64,000 nucleotides of DNA from Octopus sinensis (taxonomy: Eukaryota), in the NCBI RefSeq assembly GCF_006345805.1, contig NC_042998.1:135780001-135844000 (forward strand), in the 5' to 3' direction. Shown here in pieces: positions 12,901 through 25,787 of the stretch. Under the pieces are notes generated by a model. It searched no databases and was not told where the DNA came from. It was given only the letters and a program-made list of their open reading frames with translations. Each line of letters begins with the position of its first letter. The stretch's first letter is position 1. A program made the position numbers and the translations under genes.

Positions 12901-12933
12901 TATATATATATATACAGATATATATATATATAC

Positions 12934-12998
<65 letters not shown>

Positions 12999-13447
12999 CA
13001 GATATATATATATATACAGATATATATATATATACAGATATATATATATATATATATATATATACCGATAGATATATATATACAGATATTATATATATAT
13101 ATATATATATATATACGATAGATATATATATACAGATATTATTATATATATACAGATATATATATATATATAATATATATATATATATAGATATATATAT
13201 ATATATATACAGATATATATATATATATACCGATATATATATATATATTACAGATATATATATATATATATACAGATATATATATATATATACAGATATA
13301 TATATATAATATATATATATTATATATACAGATATATTATATATACAGATATATATATATAATATACAGATATATATATATACAGATATTATATATATAT
13401 ATTACAGATATATATATATACAGATATATATATATATATATATATAC

Positions 13448-13488
<41 letters not shown>

Positions 13489-13507
13489 TTGATAGAGATA
13501 TATATAC

Positions 13508-13547
<40 letters not shown>

Positions 13548-13568
13548 GATTGATAGATATATATATAC

Positions 13569-13614
<46 letters not shown>

Positions 13615-13640
13615 AGATAGATAGATAGACAGATAGATAG
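12810..13640 (+). repeat. (TA)n array with recurrent CAGA interruptions, ending in (GATA)n
   Basis: Higher-order unit (TA)nCAGA repeated dozens of times. Confidence 0.97.
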
Positions 13641-13664
13641 ATAGATAGATAGATAAACTCAGGC

Positions 13665-15185
13665 ATGACTATAGGCATAAGCAGTGCTGTGTAGTAAGAA
13701 ATTCACTTCCAAACCACGTCTTTCCAGGTCAAGTGCCTTCTACTTTAGCCTTGGGCCAACCAAAGCCTTGAGGGGGAATTTGGTAGACGGAAACTGAAAG
13801 AAGCCCATCATGTGTGTGTGTATGTGTGTGTATGCTTGTTTGTCCCCACCACTGGTTGACAACCAGTGTTGGTGTGTTTACATCCTTGCAACTTAGTAGT
13901 TAGGCAAAAATGACTGATAAAATAAGCATCAGATTTTTAAAAATAAAAGAAGTACTGAGGTCAATTTATTCTAAAATTCTCCAAGGTGTTACTCCAGCAA
14001 GGCTGCAGTCGAATGACAAAAGCAAGTAAAATATAAAAGATAAAAGGAGAAAATGAGTTGTACCTGTATTTCAAAAGGCCAGCCTTGTCATGCTGTGTGT
14101 CAAGCTGAATCTCGGTAAGAATTACATTACATTAAGGGTACATGTATCCTTGAGTGCTCTACCATTTGCATGGCATATTTCATGAGCAGACTGTTCCAAC
14201 ACTCATTACCATAGCCGACAGAGTGCCAGTAATATATATACATATATAGGCGCAGGAGTGGCTGTGTGGTAAGAAGCTTGCTTCACAACTACATGGTTCC
14301 AAGTTCAATCTTACTGCTTGGCACCTTGGGCAAGCATCTTCTACTATAGCCTTGGGTTGACCAAAACCTTGTAAGTTGATTTGGTAGACAGAAACTGAAA
14401 GAAGCCCATCGTGTGTGTGAGTATATATATAATAAATATATATATATTTTTATAGATTTATGTGGGTGTCTGTGTTTGTCCCCCCCACCATCGCTTAACA
14501 ACCGATGTTGGTGTGTTTACATCCCCATAACTTAGCAGTTCGGCAAAAGAAACTAATCAAATAAGTACCAGGCTTTCAAAGAATAAGTCCTGGGGTTGAT
14601 TTGTTTGACTAAAGGCAGTGCTCCAGTATAGCCGCAGTCAAATGACTGGAGCAAATAAAAGAAAAGAAAAGAATATAGGTGTGGCTGTGTGGTAAGAAGT
14701 TTACTTCACAACCACTTGGTTTTGGGTTTAGTCCCACTGTGTGGCACCTTTGGCAAGTGTTTTCTACTATAGCCCAGGCCAGCAAAAGCCTTGTTAGTGG
14801 AAACTAAAAAATTGTCATACATATATATATATATATATATATATGAGTGTATGTATATTGATTTGTTCAACTAAAACCCATCAATGCAGTGCTCCAGCAT
14901 GATCCCCATTCAAAGACTGAAGCAAGTAAAAGAATAAAAGAACACATATATACAGTTCAAAGCCAATCAAAATCTTGTGAGTATTACACCTGGGAGACAG
15001 AAAATGAAAGAAGCCCTCAGCCCTAATATATATCTATAGGTACAGAAGAGACTGTAGTTGAGAAGCTTGCTTTCCAACATTGTGTAGCACTTTGGGCAAG
15101 TACCTTCCACTATGGTCTTGAGCTAACCAAGCCTTGTGACATTGTGGATATAAACTGAAAGAAGCCTGTTGTGTATGTGTTTGTA
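13665..15185 (+). mobile_element. Cluster of four SINE family B copies (about 13665-14045, 14249-14670, 14676-14940, 15045-15185)
   Basis: tRNA-like head GGCGCAGGAGTGGCTGTGTGGTAAGAAG..GGTTC, body GCACCTTGGGCAAG..GGTAGACGGAAACTGAAAGAAGCCC, tail GTGCTCCAGCATGGCCGCAGTC..(AAAAG)n. An unrelated repeat lies antisense at about 14050-14230. Confidence 0.9.
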
Positions 15186-15228
15186 TAAAGAATTTAACAT
15201 AAAATTGAAGAATTACTCAATACTTTTA

Positions 15229-15594
15229 GCATCATCATAATCATCATTTAACGTCCATTTTCCATGCTGAAAACTAGTAAGCTGGGGAACTGTACCAGAT
15301 TCCAGTCTAATCTAGCATGGTTTCTATGGCTGAATGCTCTTCCTAATGCCAACCACTCCAATAGTGTAGTAGGTGGTTTTAAGTGCCACTGGCATGGGCA
15401 CCATTTACGCAACACCAACATCAGCCATGGCTACAATCTCACTTGGCTTGACGGGTCTTCTCAAGCACAGTATATCGCCAAAGGTCTTGGTCACTTGTCA
15501 CTGCCTCTATGTGGCCCAACGTTCGAAAGGTGCTTTTTATGTGCCACCAGCACAGGTGCCAGTTATGCGAAACTGACATCAGCCACGACATATA
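15229..15594 (-). mobile_element. RTE LINE 3' fragment flanked by a 45-bp direct repeat
   Basis: Minus strand encodes FRTLGHIEAVTSDQDLWRYTVLEKTRQAK*, then 3'UTR and (GAT)n. Flanks 15184-15228 and 15595-15639 differ at 4 of 45 positions. Confidence 0.85.
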
Positions 15595-15668
15595 TATAAA
15601 GAATTTAACGTTAAACTGAAGAATTGCTCAATACTTTTAACAAAATACATATTTACTAAACTTTTACA

Positions 15669-15766
15669 AGGAAAAGGTTGACAGTGACTTTGAAATTTCA
15701 GCTTGTTCACTTCTATCAGACAGTCTGACAAAAGTGAAGCTTCAAAACTATTATCAGCCTTTTCCT
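15669..15766. repeat. Decayed fold-back palindrome, possible hammerhead relic
   Basis: Arms AGGAAAAGG..TTTGAA..TTCACTT..TCAGAC and GTCTGA..AAGTGAA..TTCAAA..CCTTTTCCT around a single A at 15722. Confidence 0.7.
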
Positions 15767-16061
15767 CATAAAAAACTTAACACGCACACAAATATATGTA
15801 TATGACAGGTTTTTCTTTAGTTTCCATCTACCAAATCTACTTACACACATACACACATACATATATACATATGACTTGTTTAAGTCATTAAACTACAGCC
15901 ATGCTGGAGCATTGCCTTGAAGGACTTTAGTTGAATGAATCAACTTAGAACTTATATATTTTCTTAAAGCTTGTTACTTATTTTATTGGTCTCTTTTGCT
16001 GAGCCTTAGATATGCATAGATGTACATATCATTGATTCATAGTTGTGTCATAGGTCCATAC

Positions 16062-16367
16062 TGTTATGGTGTGGGTATACACATCTGGTATAGAATGGTA
16101 GTACACAGATAGTTGGTTACCAAAAAATAACCTATCACAGAATCATGATAACACGTAACACACTCTGTACTACTCGAACGTAGGCACAATACTCAGTATT
16201 CATTGTTCAACTACCAACTGTTAAACCAACACACATCGAACTAACATGGTAAACCAATACAGTGGAACTAACACCCATCGACAATGCCTGCCTGAGAGTT
16301 CACTCAGTTCTTATTTATTGTAACTGGTTAGTCCACCTTCAGTTAAGTTCAGGGTTCTCCCACACCA
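16062..16367. mobile_element. Solo-LTR-like insertion, 306 bp
   Basis: TG...CA ends, exact 5-bp direct repeat CATAC (16057-16061, 16368-16372), subterminal TGGTGTGGG/CCCACACCA inverted repeat, AATAAA on the minus strand. Confidence 0.7.
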
Positions 16368-16764
16368 CATACTTAGAACTACAGTATGGATTTAGTCTAA
16401 ATCTGTAGTCATGTCATAGATTTATAGAAGTATCATAGCTGCATACCCATGCATATCCATATCCATAGTTAAATCATAGGTTCATATTCATTATCTAGAT
16501 CTATGGGGATGTCAGATTCAAAGTCATATCATAGATCAATAATGCTATCATAGGTTTGCAGTTCAGTCACAACCTTAGATTTATAGTCATGTCATAAATC
16601 TACAATCATCACATGGATCATACTCATGTCACTGATTAAAAATCTTGATACAGATTCATAGTCAAATCTAAGATTCAAAACCAAGTCAGGGATTTATATT
16701 AATACTGTCATAGATTCAGTCATAAAGATTCATTGTCACAGATTCATAGTCGTGATATAAATTC

Positions 16765-16945
16765 CAGTGGCGTATGGTGGTTGTTGTAATAGGTGCGCTG
16801 CCACCAAATTTCAAGCAGGGGTATAACAAAAGTTTTCTATTAAGATTTGTGATGAAATTAATGAGTAAGGTTATTATTTATAATGAATTTGCCATTTCTA
16901 ATGGGTGTGCATGCACACCTAGCACACCTGGAATATATACCCCTG
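16765..16945. mobile_element. hAT-type MITE, 181 bp
   Basis: Ends CAGTGGCGTAT / ATATACCCCTG; 8-bp flanks ATAAATTC and ATAGATTC (7/8 identical). Confidence 0.75.
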
Positions 16946-17711
16946 ATAGATTCAGAGTTACAGTGTCGCAGATTTATAGTCTTAATTACATCAGATTCAT
17001 ATTGATTTATAACCATTTTACAGTCATAGTCATGTCATAGAGCTATAGTTATGTCATAGATCCATCATCACATTATAGATTCAGTGTATGTATCATAGAT
17101 ATACAGTCACATCAGATTTATAGATCCATAACCTTCTCAAAGAACTACAGTTATAAATATAAAATTATGTCAGATTCATAGCTATGACATATTCATAATC
17201 ATATCACAAATCCATAGTCACATCTTTAAGATTTACAGCCATGTCAGAGACTCATTGACATGTCATAAATTCAACACTATAACATAGAGTTATAGTTATA
17301 TTATAGTTTCAAAGTTCTCATATATATTTTGATCATGCTTCTCTTCTCTATTGCAGAAACAGTATTACAGAGCAATTTTACACTAAGTAAACTGAGTTAA
17401 GCTATAATAAAAGAAGTGAACAAAATTAATGTACTCGCTCATGGTTAAATCAAACACAATCTGATTGATAATTTATATCCAATTAATAAGAATTGACTGC
17501 TTGATGTGTCAAATGATAATAGAGACGTGGGACTAAATAATTTATAGCACCCAAACCCTTTTGTTAGCATATTTCAGTTGAGAGACACTACTTTTGTCCA
17601 TTTAAGTTTGAAAATAATGAAGACTTTAGTAAAATAAATTTGTCATCATTAACAAGAAGCTGGTATTATCAAGTCAGAAGCAGTGTCAGGCAGGTTGGTA
17701 TAACAATAACA

Positions 17712-17931
17712 ATAATTCCTTCTACTTAAGGCATAAGGCCTGACATTTGGTGGGAGGGGGTAAGTCAATTACATCAACCCAGTGTTTCGCTGGTACTTAA
17801 TTTATCAACCCTGAAAGGATGAAAGGCAAAGACGACCTCGGCGGAATTAGAAATTATAACATAGCAACAGACAAAATACCACTAAGCATTTAGTCAGGTG
17901 TGCTAACAGTTCTGCCAGCTCATTTCCTTAA

Positions 17932-17985
<54 letters not shown>

Positions 17986-18178
17986 CCTTTCTACTTAAGG
18001 CACAAGGCCTGAAATTTTGTGGGCGGGATGGAGTCGATAACATCGGCCCCAGTGTTTCCCTGGTACTTAACATATTGATCCAGAAAGGATAAATGGCAAA
18101 TTCGACCTTGGCAGAATTTGAACTCAGTACATAGTGAAGAACAAAATACTGCTAAGCATTTCATTCAGTATTGCTGCC

Positions 18179-18180
<2 letters not shown>
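17712..18180 (-). mobile_element. Two SINE family A copies in (AAT)n
   Basis: Antisense CTGGTACTTAATTTATC..GAAAGGATGAAAGGCAAAG..CTGCCAGCTC twice, separated by (AAT)n. Confidence 0.9.
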
Positions 18181-18217
<37 letters not shown>

Positions 18218-18659
18218 TATTATGATGATGATGAGCTTTATTGTATACAGTGCTTAGGTGCACAGCTTGTCAGATAATGTTAAATGAGGGGACAAAAAGT
18301 TAACATATAAATCAAGTAAAGAAAGACAGCAACAATGAAAGCTAGAAGTGCAATGAAAGCAAGTAGGTTAAAAGTTAGGGTTAGCTGTCTCATGGATCTG
18401 AGTTCAAATTCTGTGGCAGACAACTTTGACTTTCACCTCTATGAGACTATTGAAACAAATTACAGAAGTATACTGGTCCTGATAATCAATTACAATCTAT
18501 ACAAAAAATAAATGGGGGATATGCGGAATTGGAAATAATCATAATTAAGTTAGTTCAATGATTCCCAAGTATTTATGTCTAGTGTTATCTTCTAATTTTC
18601 TCTTTATTTTTCTAATTTAACATTCATTGATCAATTTTCCTCTTTTGAGACATTTTTCA

Positions 18660-19095
18660 AATCCAAGTTTCCATGCTGCAAATGGCTAATGTTTATCATT
18701 TACAACACATACCTTATGCTCATCCATATATACACAATGCTTGATAGTCATCCTGAAATACTTGTATCCACATAGAGCCAAGGGCAGGCTCTTGGAATAT
18801 TCCTCTTCTGATAGGATTTTATCATTTTTTTTGTCTATTGGTTAGAGTTGTGCAATTGCCTTTGATTTACTCATTTCATGCTTGTGGTTACTCTTTGTTT
18901 TTGGTGTTACTTCACTCATAGATAATGTTTTCAAAGTGCTTATGTAGAGAGCACTATCTAGAAATCAATCCATGCCAGGCTCAGGCCCTTCTTCCTTCTA
19001 TAATTTTCCATTATGGATTTATTGGTAGATTAACTGATCCTTTACATCCATACAAGCATTTCCATTATCCACTTTGATTTTCTAGAAGCATGTTT
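18660..19095 (-). mobile_element. R4/Dong-type reverse transcriptase fragment
   Basis: Frameshifted minus-strand motifs NMLLENQSG, GCK-DQLI-NKSIMENYRRKKGLSLAWIDF*, IRRGIFQ. Confidence 0.75.
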
Positions 19096-19194
19096 ACCTT
19101 GAAATCCCCCCCCACCACCACCATCGCTGCTGCCACCAGGTGAGCATTTATTTTTTGTAATAATATTACCTGTGAATACTATAGGCTGCTAAAA

Positions 19195-19700
19195 GGTGAC
19201 AAGCGGGTAGAACCATTAGCAAAACAAGTAAAATGCTTGGTGGCATTTTGTCTTCACATTCTCAGTTCAAATTCCATCAAGGTTGACTTTGTCTTTCATC
19301 CTTGCAAGGGTCATTAAAATAAGTACCAGTTGAGCACTTGGATCAATGCAGTCAACTTATCTGTCCCCCAAAATTGCTGGCCTTGTGCCAAAATTTGAAA
19401 CCAGTATTACAGGTTATAGGTTTTAGAGTTTCATCATTGCCACCGCTACCACCATTGCTGTCGTTACCGCTCCACTGCTGCTGCTGTTGTGCCACTGCTT
19501 CTGCCATGGCTGCCATCATTGTTTTCAATGACCACTTTTCCATGCTTGCATGGGTTGGACAGAATTTGTTGAGGTACATTTTCTACAGTGAGATATTCTT
19601 TTCTGTTGCCAAACTTCCCCTGTTTCCAAGTAAGATAACATTTCCCATGACCAGATATGTTTCATGGAAGATTGAAAACAAAAGACCACTTGTAAGATGG
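19195..19700. mobile_element. SINE A (+, about 19195-19410) and RTE 3'UTR fragment (-, about 19510-19700)
   Basis: Family A head and central motif; family C TTTTCCATGCTTGCATGGGTTGGACAG. Confidence 0.8.
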
Positions 19701-20270
19701 TGGCATTTCTTCAGTTTAGAGGAATAGGCTGGTCTATGTCTTGGTGAGTTATTCAAGTGTTATTTCTCATACTTCTCAGAAATTATTAAATAATATCTTT
19801 GTAATTATTGATAGATATTTTTTGCAACAAGAAGAATGCATACATCAGCAAGAAAAAAATCTGAAACAAATATTCTTTGAGTGGAGTTCTCCATGCTATA
19901 TCTGTTCTGCACTGAATTACAGACACTCCCTTATCACTCTCATTGAGAAAAATGCAGTGAATCAGTGACAGGCTCATCAGAAACGTGTAATCAACAATGC
20001 AATTTTTCATTACTTATGATAAAATTAAATAAATAATTAAAGCAACAGTTTGGCAGATAGTGCTGAATTGGCTAAGTTATTAAAGAAATGGGACAAACTG
20101 CCTTGTTGCATTTGTTCCAACTCTTTGTGCTCTAAGTTCAAATCACACTAAGGTCGACTCTACATTTCATCCCTTCAGGATCAATAATACAAATCCAAAG
20201 CCGTAGATTGGCAGAATTGTTAGAATATCAGATGAGATCATCCATTTGCCAATATTAGCATGGGTTAGAT

Positions 20271-20935
20271 CAGAGGTCACCAAACTTTTTCAACCATTGA
20301 CCCCCTTTAGCCACTTCTTCCACATCGACCACCCTCCTCATTTAAAATATCTTAATACCCTACCCTACTGTACCATATCTTAAATGCATACCAGGTATTT
20401 GTGCTGGCAATTAAAATGTTAATTAAAATATACAAGTACGACAAATTAAGAAATTCTACTGAAGATGACACACTTTTTACATTTAAAACAATGTGTACGA
20501 GTATACAGCATTAAACTTTTAATTTTTATGAAATTGTTTTCACGGTTAGAAAATGACAAACACGTCATATTACTGGTGAAATTGACAGCATCAATGTGAG
20601 GGATGAGCATGGTGAGCCTGAATCAAGGCATGATATCAGGCTGAATGTTGGTCAGTTTCAGTCTCAAATTGCCTCATTCCTCCAGGTTCGGGTGATTCCT
20701 CTGTTTTGTAAGGATTTCATTTGCATGGCTGAAGCCAGCTTCCACCATGTAAGAGCTAACCGTTAGATGAATATATATTAGGGAGGTAAGGTAATTGTTC
20801 CAGACCTTTGTATTCTGAGTTCTTTAGTGGTTACCAGGCAACTTTATCTGTTGTTTGGATTAACATCATCACCTGGTCCTTAAGTGCTTTCAGCAGAGTT
20901 CACTCTGTTGCAACATTCAGGTCTCTGGCTTGAGG
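20271..20935 (-). mobile_element. hAT Buster/Charlie-type transposon 3' fragment with one TIR
   Basis: Terminus CAGAGGTCACCAAACTTTTT preceded by GGTTAGAT (fits NNNTANNN Buster target). Minus strand SSYMVEAGFSHANEILTKQRNHPNLEE*GNLRLKLTNIQPDI resembles the hAT C-terminal dimerisation region. Confidence 0.85.
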
Positions 20936-21241
20936 ATAAGTTAAACTAGAGGCTTGATCTCTAGTATAAGACAGGTAAAAGGAAAGAAGACCAACTCCAC
21001 CTATCCTCCTACCACTCTTGAAGGCCCAGAAAACATAATGAGTCATGGATGCCAAACCTTCCTCCCTGAGAACAAAATAAAATTTTTAAAAATGTACTTC
21101 ACTCATCCTTCTTCAACTCCAGCGAGTATAGCTTGGTGATGAATAAGCTCCATTACATCACCTTGTGATTGATACTCAAACTAAAGACTTAGATAATGAA
21201 TTATCATCTGTGTTATTGCGATTGTCATCATCATGTTTTAA

Positions 21242-21630
21242 CTCTTTAAGCAAGTCTTTTCATGCAGGATGCCAAAAAAACCAAAAAAAAAACAAGATTT
21301 TTAAAATTAAATTTTAATTACTACTTATGATTATATTTCAATAATCCTTGTATCAATGGAACACACAAAAGCATGCACCTAAGCAGAGACCTACTTTGCA
21401 CTCAAGACACCAAGTTGTCACATAGCTTGCTTTCTTTCACTTTTTTTCTTGTTTCTGTACTTGGGACATAATCAGGATGGCGTCTTTCCATGAAGGTCAC
21501 TGCCATTAGTCTGTCAATGCTGACCTTCCTGGTGCTGTATTTGTGAGTTTGCCATATTTGGCAAGCAAATTGGTGTACTGTTTCTTTATGGAAATCTTTG
21601 AACATCATGTGGTTAGCAGTTTTCATGTGG
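21242..21630 (-). mobile_element. piggyBac transposase C-terminal fragment with terminus
   Basis: Minus strand FMERRHPDYVPSTETRKK and TTWCLECKVGLCLGACFCVFH* (piggyBac Cys-rich domain). TTAA-CTCTTT end at 21238-21247. Confidence 0.8.
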
Positions 21631-21631
21631 T

Positions 21632-21990
21632 AAATTCACAGTTTATAAGGAATAAAATAGAAGAATAAAGATTGATGATAGTTAGAAGAATATAGGCAGG
21701 AGTTGTGAACATTATTCTCCTGCCTATATTCTTCTAACTACCTTTAATCTTTATTCTTCTATTTTATTCCCTATAAGCTGTGAATTTTATTCCTTGTAAA
21801 CTGTAAATTTCCCCTATCTAAAATATTCATACCTTGTCTCTGATGACGGAATGCCCAGTGTGTAGACATGCTAACCAACCACTTCGGTTATCTCAGAAAC
21901 AGCTGTAAGACTTTGAATTCACCTTACCCTAGTTAAATTATTCTAAATGACTTGAGACATTCATTCTACTTTGGGTTTTGATTTTTCCTC
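21632..21990 (+). mobile_element. Penelope-like pLTR fragment with 5' inverted duplication, ending at (TA)n
   Basis: 71-bp inverted arms at 21632-21702 and 21717-21787 (5 mismatches, 14-nt loop), followed by a hammerhead motif. Confidence 0.65.
21836..21911 (+). ncRNA. Type-I hammerhead ribozyme motif (stem II decayed)
   Basis: GTCT-CTGATGA-(49 nt)-GAAACAGCTGTA-AGAC: stem I GTCT/AGAC, palindromic stem III ACAGCTGT, GUA cleavage triplet. Confidence 0.65.
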
Positions 21991-23047
21991 TAATATAATA
22001 TATATATATATATATATATATACATACATACATATTTACATGTGTATATATATGCATGTATGTCCGTGTATGTGAGTGTATGTATATGTGTGTGTGAATG
22101 TGTATGCATATATATGATGCCAAATACATATGCTTCATGTGGTCACTTACATCATACACAGCTTTAAAAGTGAAAAAATGTACTTAAAAAAAAGTAGATT
22201 AGAAAAAAACAGGATGGTCATGGCTGGAATGCCTTTCATTTGAGGTTTGCTTATTCAGGAATGACTTGATAAATAAACAACAAATCATTATTAAAAAATT
22301 TGAACAAACAACAACAAAATTATGAAAATTTGAATATTTCTGGCAGCCTGAATTTATGGGAAAATTCAAACACATCACCGCCTTCGCTATTATTGTCCAA
22401 CATCTGTTTTCCCATAGTGGCCTGGGTTGGACAGGTCATCACGGTCCAAATCAGCTTTTATTTGGACTATAGATTAAAAATAAATGAATAAGTCTGAATT
22501 TGTTTCAATTTCTATAGAATGACAGTAAAACACCATAAATTACAACACAATTTCAAAATTGGGAATTATGAATCTTATTTTATAGAAATTGGAATAAAAT
22601 TGATTTTTGTTGATTTATTAGTTAACAGCCTTTCCATAAGAGAATATTAATTTGTGTTATTCACAGGACAAATGTACCCACACTTAAATATACGCAAGTA
22701 TAAATGCACTGTACACATACCTTACACATACATGCACACACATATCACATACCCATACATATGAGTATGTGTATAAATATATATGCACGCAAACACATAA
22801 ATACTAATTTCTGTGTGTGTTCTTGTGCATGTGAGAGAGTGCATTTGGCACTCTTGATATGTAGGCTGTACTAAAAGAATGTTGAAGCTTTCCAGGTGCC
22901 AGCACAGGGAAAGGATGATCTATCATTCCTGTTTACCCAGACTCCAAATAGATAGTTCATTCTATACATACTTACACGTACACACATATTCATACATAAA
23001 TGGCATACATACACATATACATTTATACACACACACACAGATACACA

Positions 23048-23148
23048 GATGGATGGATGGATGGATGGATGGAGGGAGGGAGGGAGGGAGGGAGGGAGGG
23101 AGGGATGGATGGATGGATGGATGGATGGATGGATGGATGGATGGATAG
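23048..23148 (+). repeat. (GGAT)n(GGAG)n(GGAT)n compound tetranucleotide repeat
   Basis: Visible directly. Confidence 0.97.
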
Positions 23149-23440
23149 ATCTGCAAAAGCAGACAGTGGGGACCAACATAGCCCACAGGTTAGTTAGATT
23201 CTGTCAAACTCCAACGTATGCATGCATGGAACATGGACATTAAATGATGATGATGACGATGATATGTAAATTATCAGCTAGTTGTTCATAAGTACACTCA
23301 AAATGTTTAATCGAGCAGTTATATATTCACCAATACGTCTGAAGAGTCATCAATATTGTCTAGGTGTAATAGTCAGTGGAAAACCAATGCTAACATTCTG
23401 ATGAGTTATATGCCAATAATTAGTAATATACTGCTAAACA

Positions 23441-23545
<105 letters not shown>

Positions 23546-23978
23546 TATATAATGATATGTAATTGTAAGATCCAAGGATCTAGGTGTAGGAAGTTAGTAA
23601 GCTTCAAGAAATCCATAGTAGGTTTAAAAAACAACTTTTAGGAATAATAATATATATTGGTGTATAACTAGTGGAGTACATGTTGAGTAATTATTACTTC
23701 CAAGGTTCTGCTAGCTAGAAAACATATGTAGCCTGTATTTTACCTGCTCCATTTCCTCAATTTGGATTTTTTAATATATATATATATAGTACAAATAAGA
23801 AAATGGAGAAACAAATTTAGTTTGTTCATCAACTTTTGGATATTAGAATGTTGGATTATTTATTCATTTAACAAAATTAGAATCTCAACAGCATACATAT
23901 ATAACTTATAATACAATACATATAAGATAAGAATACAAATTATAAAAATCATAATACATATATATATATATATATACA

Positions 23979-25081
23979 CAGGGTGGGTGGAAAGTAATTA
24001 GGCATTAGAATTTTTGGTATCACTGAAGTCATGATAAAATCATTTTTTAAACAAACAACACTAATGGGGATTTCTTATTTTTTGTTTTCCAGATGACTGG
24101 TCGCTGGACTGTTAAGGAGCGAGCTAAGATAACAGCCCACTATGAAGTGTGGAATTCCACTGTTTTGGTTCAGAGATGGTGGCATGCATGGAAAGGTAAG
24201 CATGCAACACTAAGTCTGGAGACAATAAAGAGTTGTCATGCAAGCTGATGACTATGGGTGCTGTGAACAATGCAAGAAGTGGTTGTCCAACCATATCCTG
24301 ATCAGTGGAGAACGTGGCAATAGTGCAGGAAATGTTTAACTGCAGCATGCAAAAATCAACACGTTAAACAGTTTGTGAAAGTGGACTAACAAGACACACA
24401 ATACATACGGTGTTGTATAAAGAATTGAATTTTCATCCATGTGGTAAGGATCTGAGCATAATGATTGAGAAGATGCAAGCTTGATCAAAAGTGACCATAT
24501 GGTGTGGAATAATGTTAACAAGAGTCATAGGTCCATATCTTCTGCGTGATATCAAGACTATGGACCGATATCTTTAGATGCTTGAAAATTATGTGTGGCT
24601 CATGGTGTCTGGTTGGGACAACACTGCTGGCCTAATATTGATGCAGGATGGTGCATCACTTCATTTTGCTCTTACTGTGTGTGCATGGTTAGACCAACAT
24701 TTTCCAGGATGTTGGATGGGACAATGAGGACCTCATGAATGGCCTCCAAAAAGTCCAAATCTCACTCCATGTAATTTTTACCAGTGGGTTTAGACAAAAG
24801 AGGTGTATAAGACAAAATCTTGCACACTAGAGGACTTGGAGACATGGATTCAAGAGGTTCTCAATGATATCCCAGACGGCATCCTTCAGAAAGTTGTTCA
24901 TTCAATCCCTGGCCATATGAGGAAACTGGTTGACGCCACTGGTGCTTACATTGAAATATGAAGATTTACTTTCATTTTTCCATGTAATAAAGAATATGTA
25001 TCTTTTGTTTCAATAAATTTGTAAAAGAAATATGGATTTTATTACCAATTTTTAATACCTACTTACTTTTCACCCACCCTG
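23979..25081 (+). mobile_element. Tc1/mariner rosa-type (DD41D) element, internally deleted, pseudogenised transposase at 24093-24961
   Basis: 32-bp TIRs with 4 mismatches, TA at the right end. MQDGASLH...EWPPKSPNLTPCN gives 41 residues between the second D and the third position (now N). Confidence 0.9.
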
Positions 25082-25134
25082 TATATATAATATATATAGA
25101 TATACATATATATACACATAAATATACAAATATA

Positions 25135-25170
<36 letters not shown>

Positions 25171-25214
25171 CATACATAATATATATATATACACACACAT
25201 ATATATATATACAT

Positions 25215-25255
<41 letters not shown>

Positions 25256-25341
25256 TATATATATATATACATAATATATATATATATATACACATATTAT
25301 ATATATATATATACACACCATATATATATATATATATACAC

Positions 25342-25372
<31 letters not shown>

Positions 25373-25665
25373 TATATATATATAATACACACACATATAT
25401 TATATACATACATATATAATATATATACACACACACATATATATATATACATACAAATATATATATATATAATATATATATATATATACACACACATATT
25501 ATATATATACATACAAATATATGTATATATATACACACATATATATATATATATACAAATATATATATATATATATACACACACATTATATATATACATA
25601 CAAATATATATATATATATATATACATACATATATATATATATACCACACATATATATATATAAT

Positions 25666-25706
<41 letters not shown>

Positions 25707-25737
25707 TATATATATATATATCTATATATATACACAC

Positions 25738-25787
<50 letters not shown>

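Larger units (their letters stand above)
16030..17310 (+). repeat. Degenerate ~19-bp minisatellite (ATAGTCATGTCATAGATTC-like)
   Basis: Consecutive 19-mers such as ATAGTCATGTCATAGAGCT / ATAGTTATGTCATAGATCC / ATCATCACATTATAGATTC near 17025-17082. Confidence 0.8.

Noticed and set aside
12774-13678. Long Tyr/Ile-rich ORFs (also 25059-26350, 43875-44075, 49272-50726)
   Set aside because: Translations of (TA)n/(CA)n microsatellites, which lack stop codons in some frames.
17357-17386. Plus-strand phase 1-1 micro-exon candidates (also 26975-27043 and 51021-51056)
   Set aside because: Good acceptors but moderate donors and no recognisable product; this many is expected by chance in 64 kb.
19086-19139. 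Plus-strand 54-nt exon with strong sites (ttttctag / CAG|GTGAGC)
   Set aside because: The acceptor lies in the antisense of the Dong RT remnant and the body is a C-rich microsatellite; probable pseudo-exon.
19741-20010. Overlapping 74-75 aa ORFs, possibly upstream Dong sequence
   Set aside because: No RT motif could be identified with confidence.
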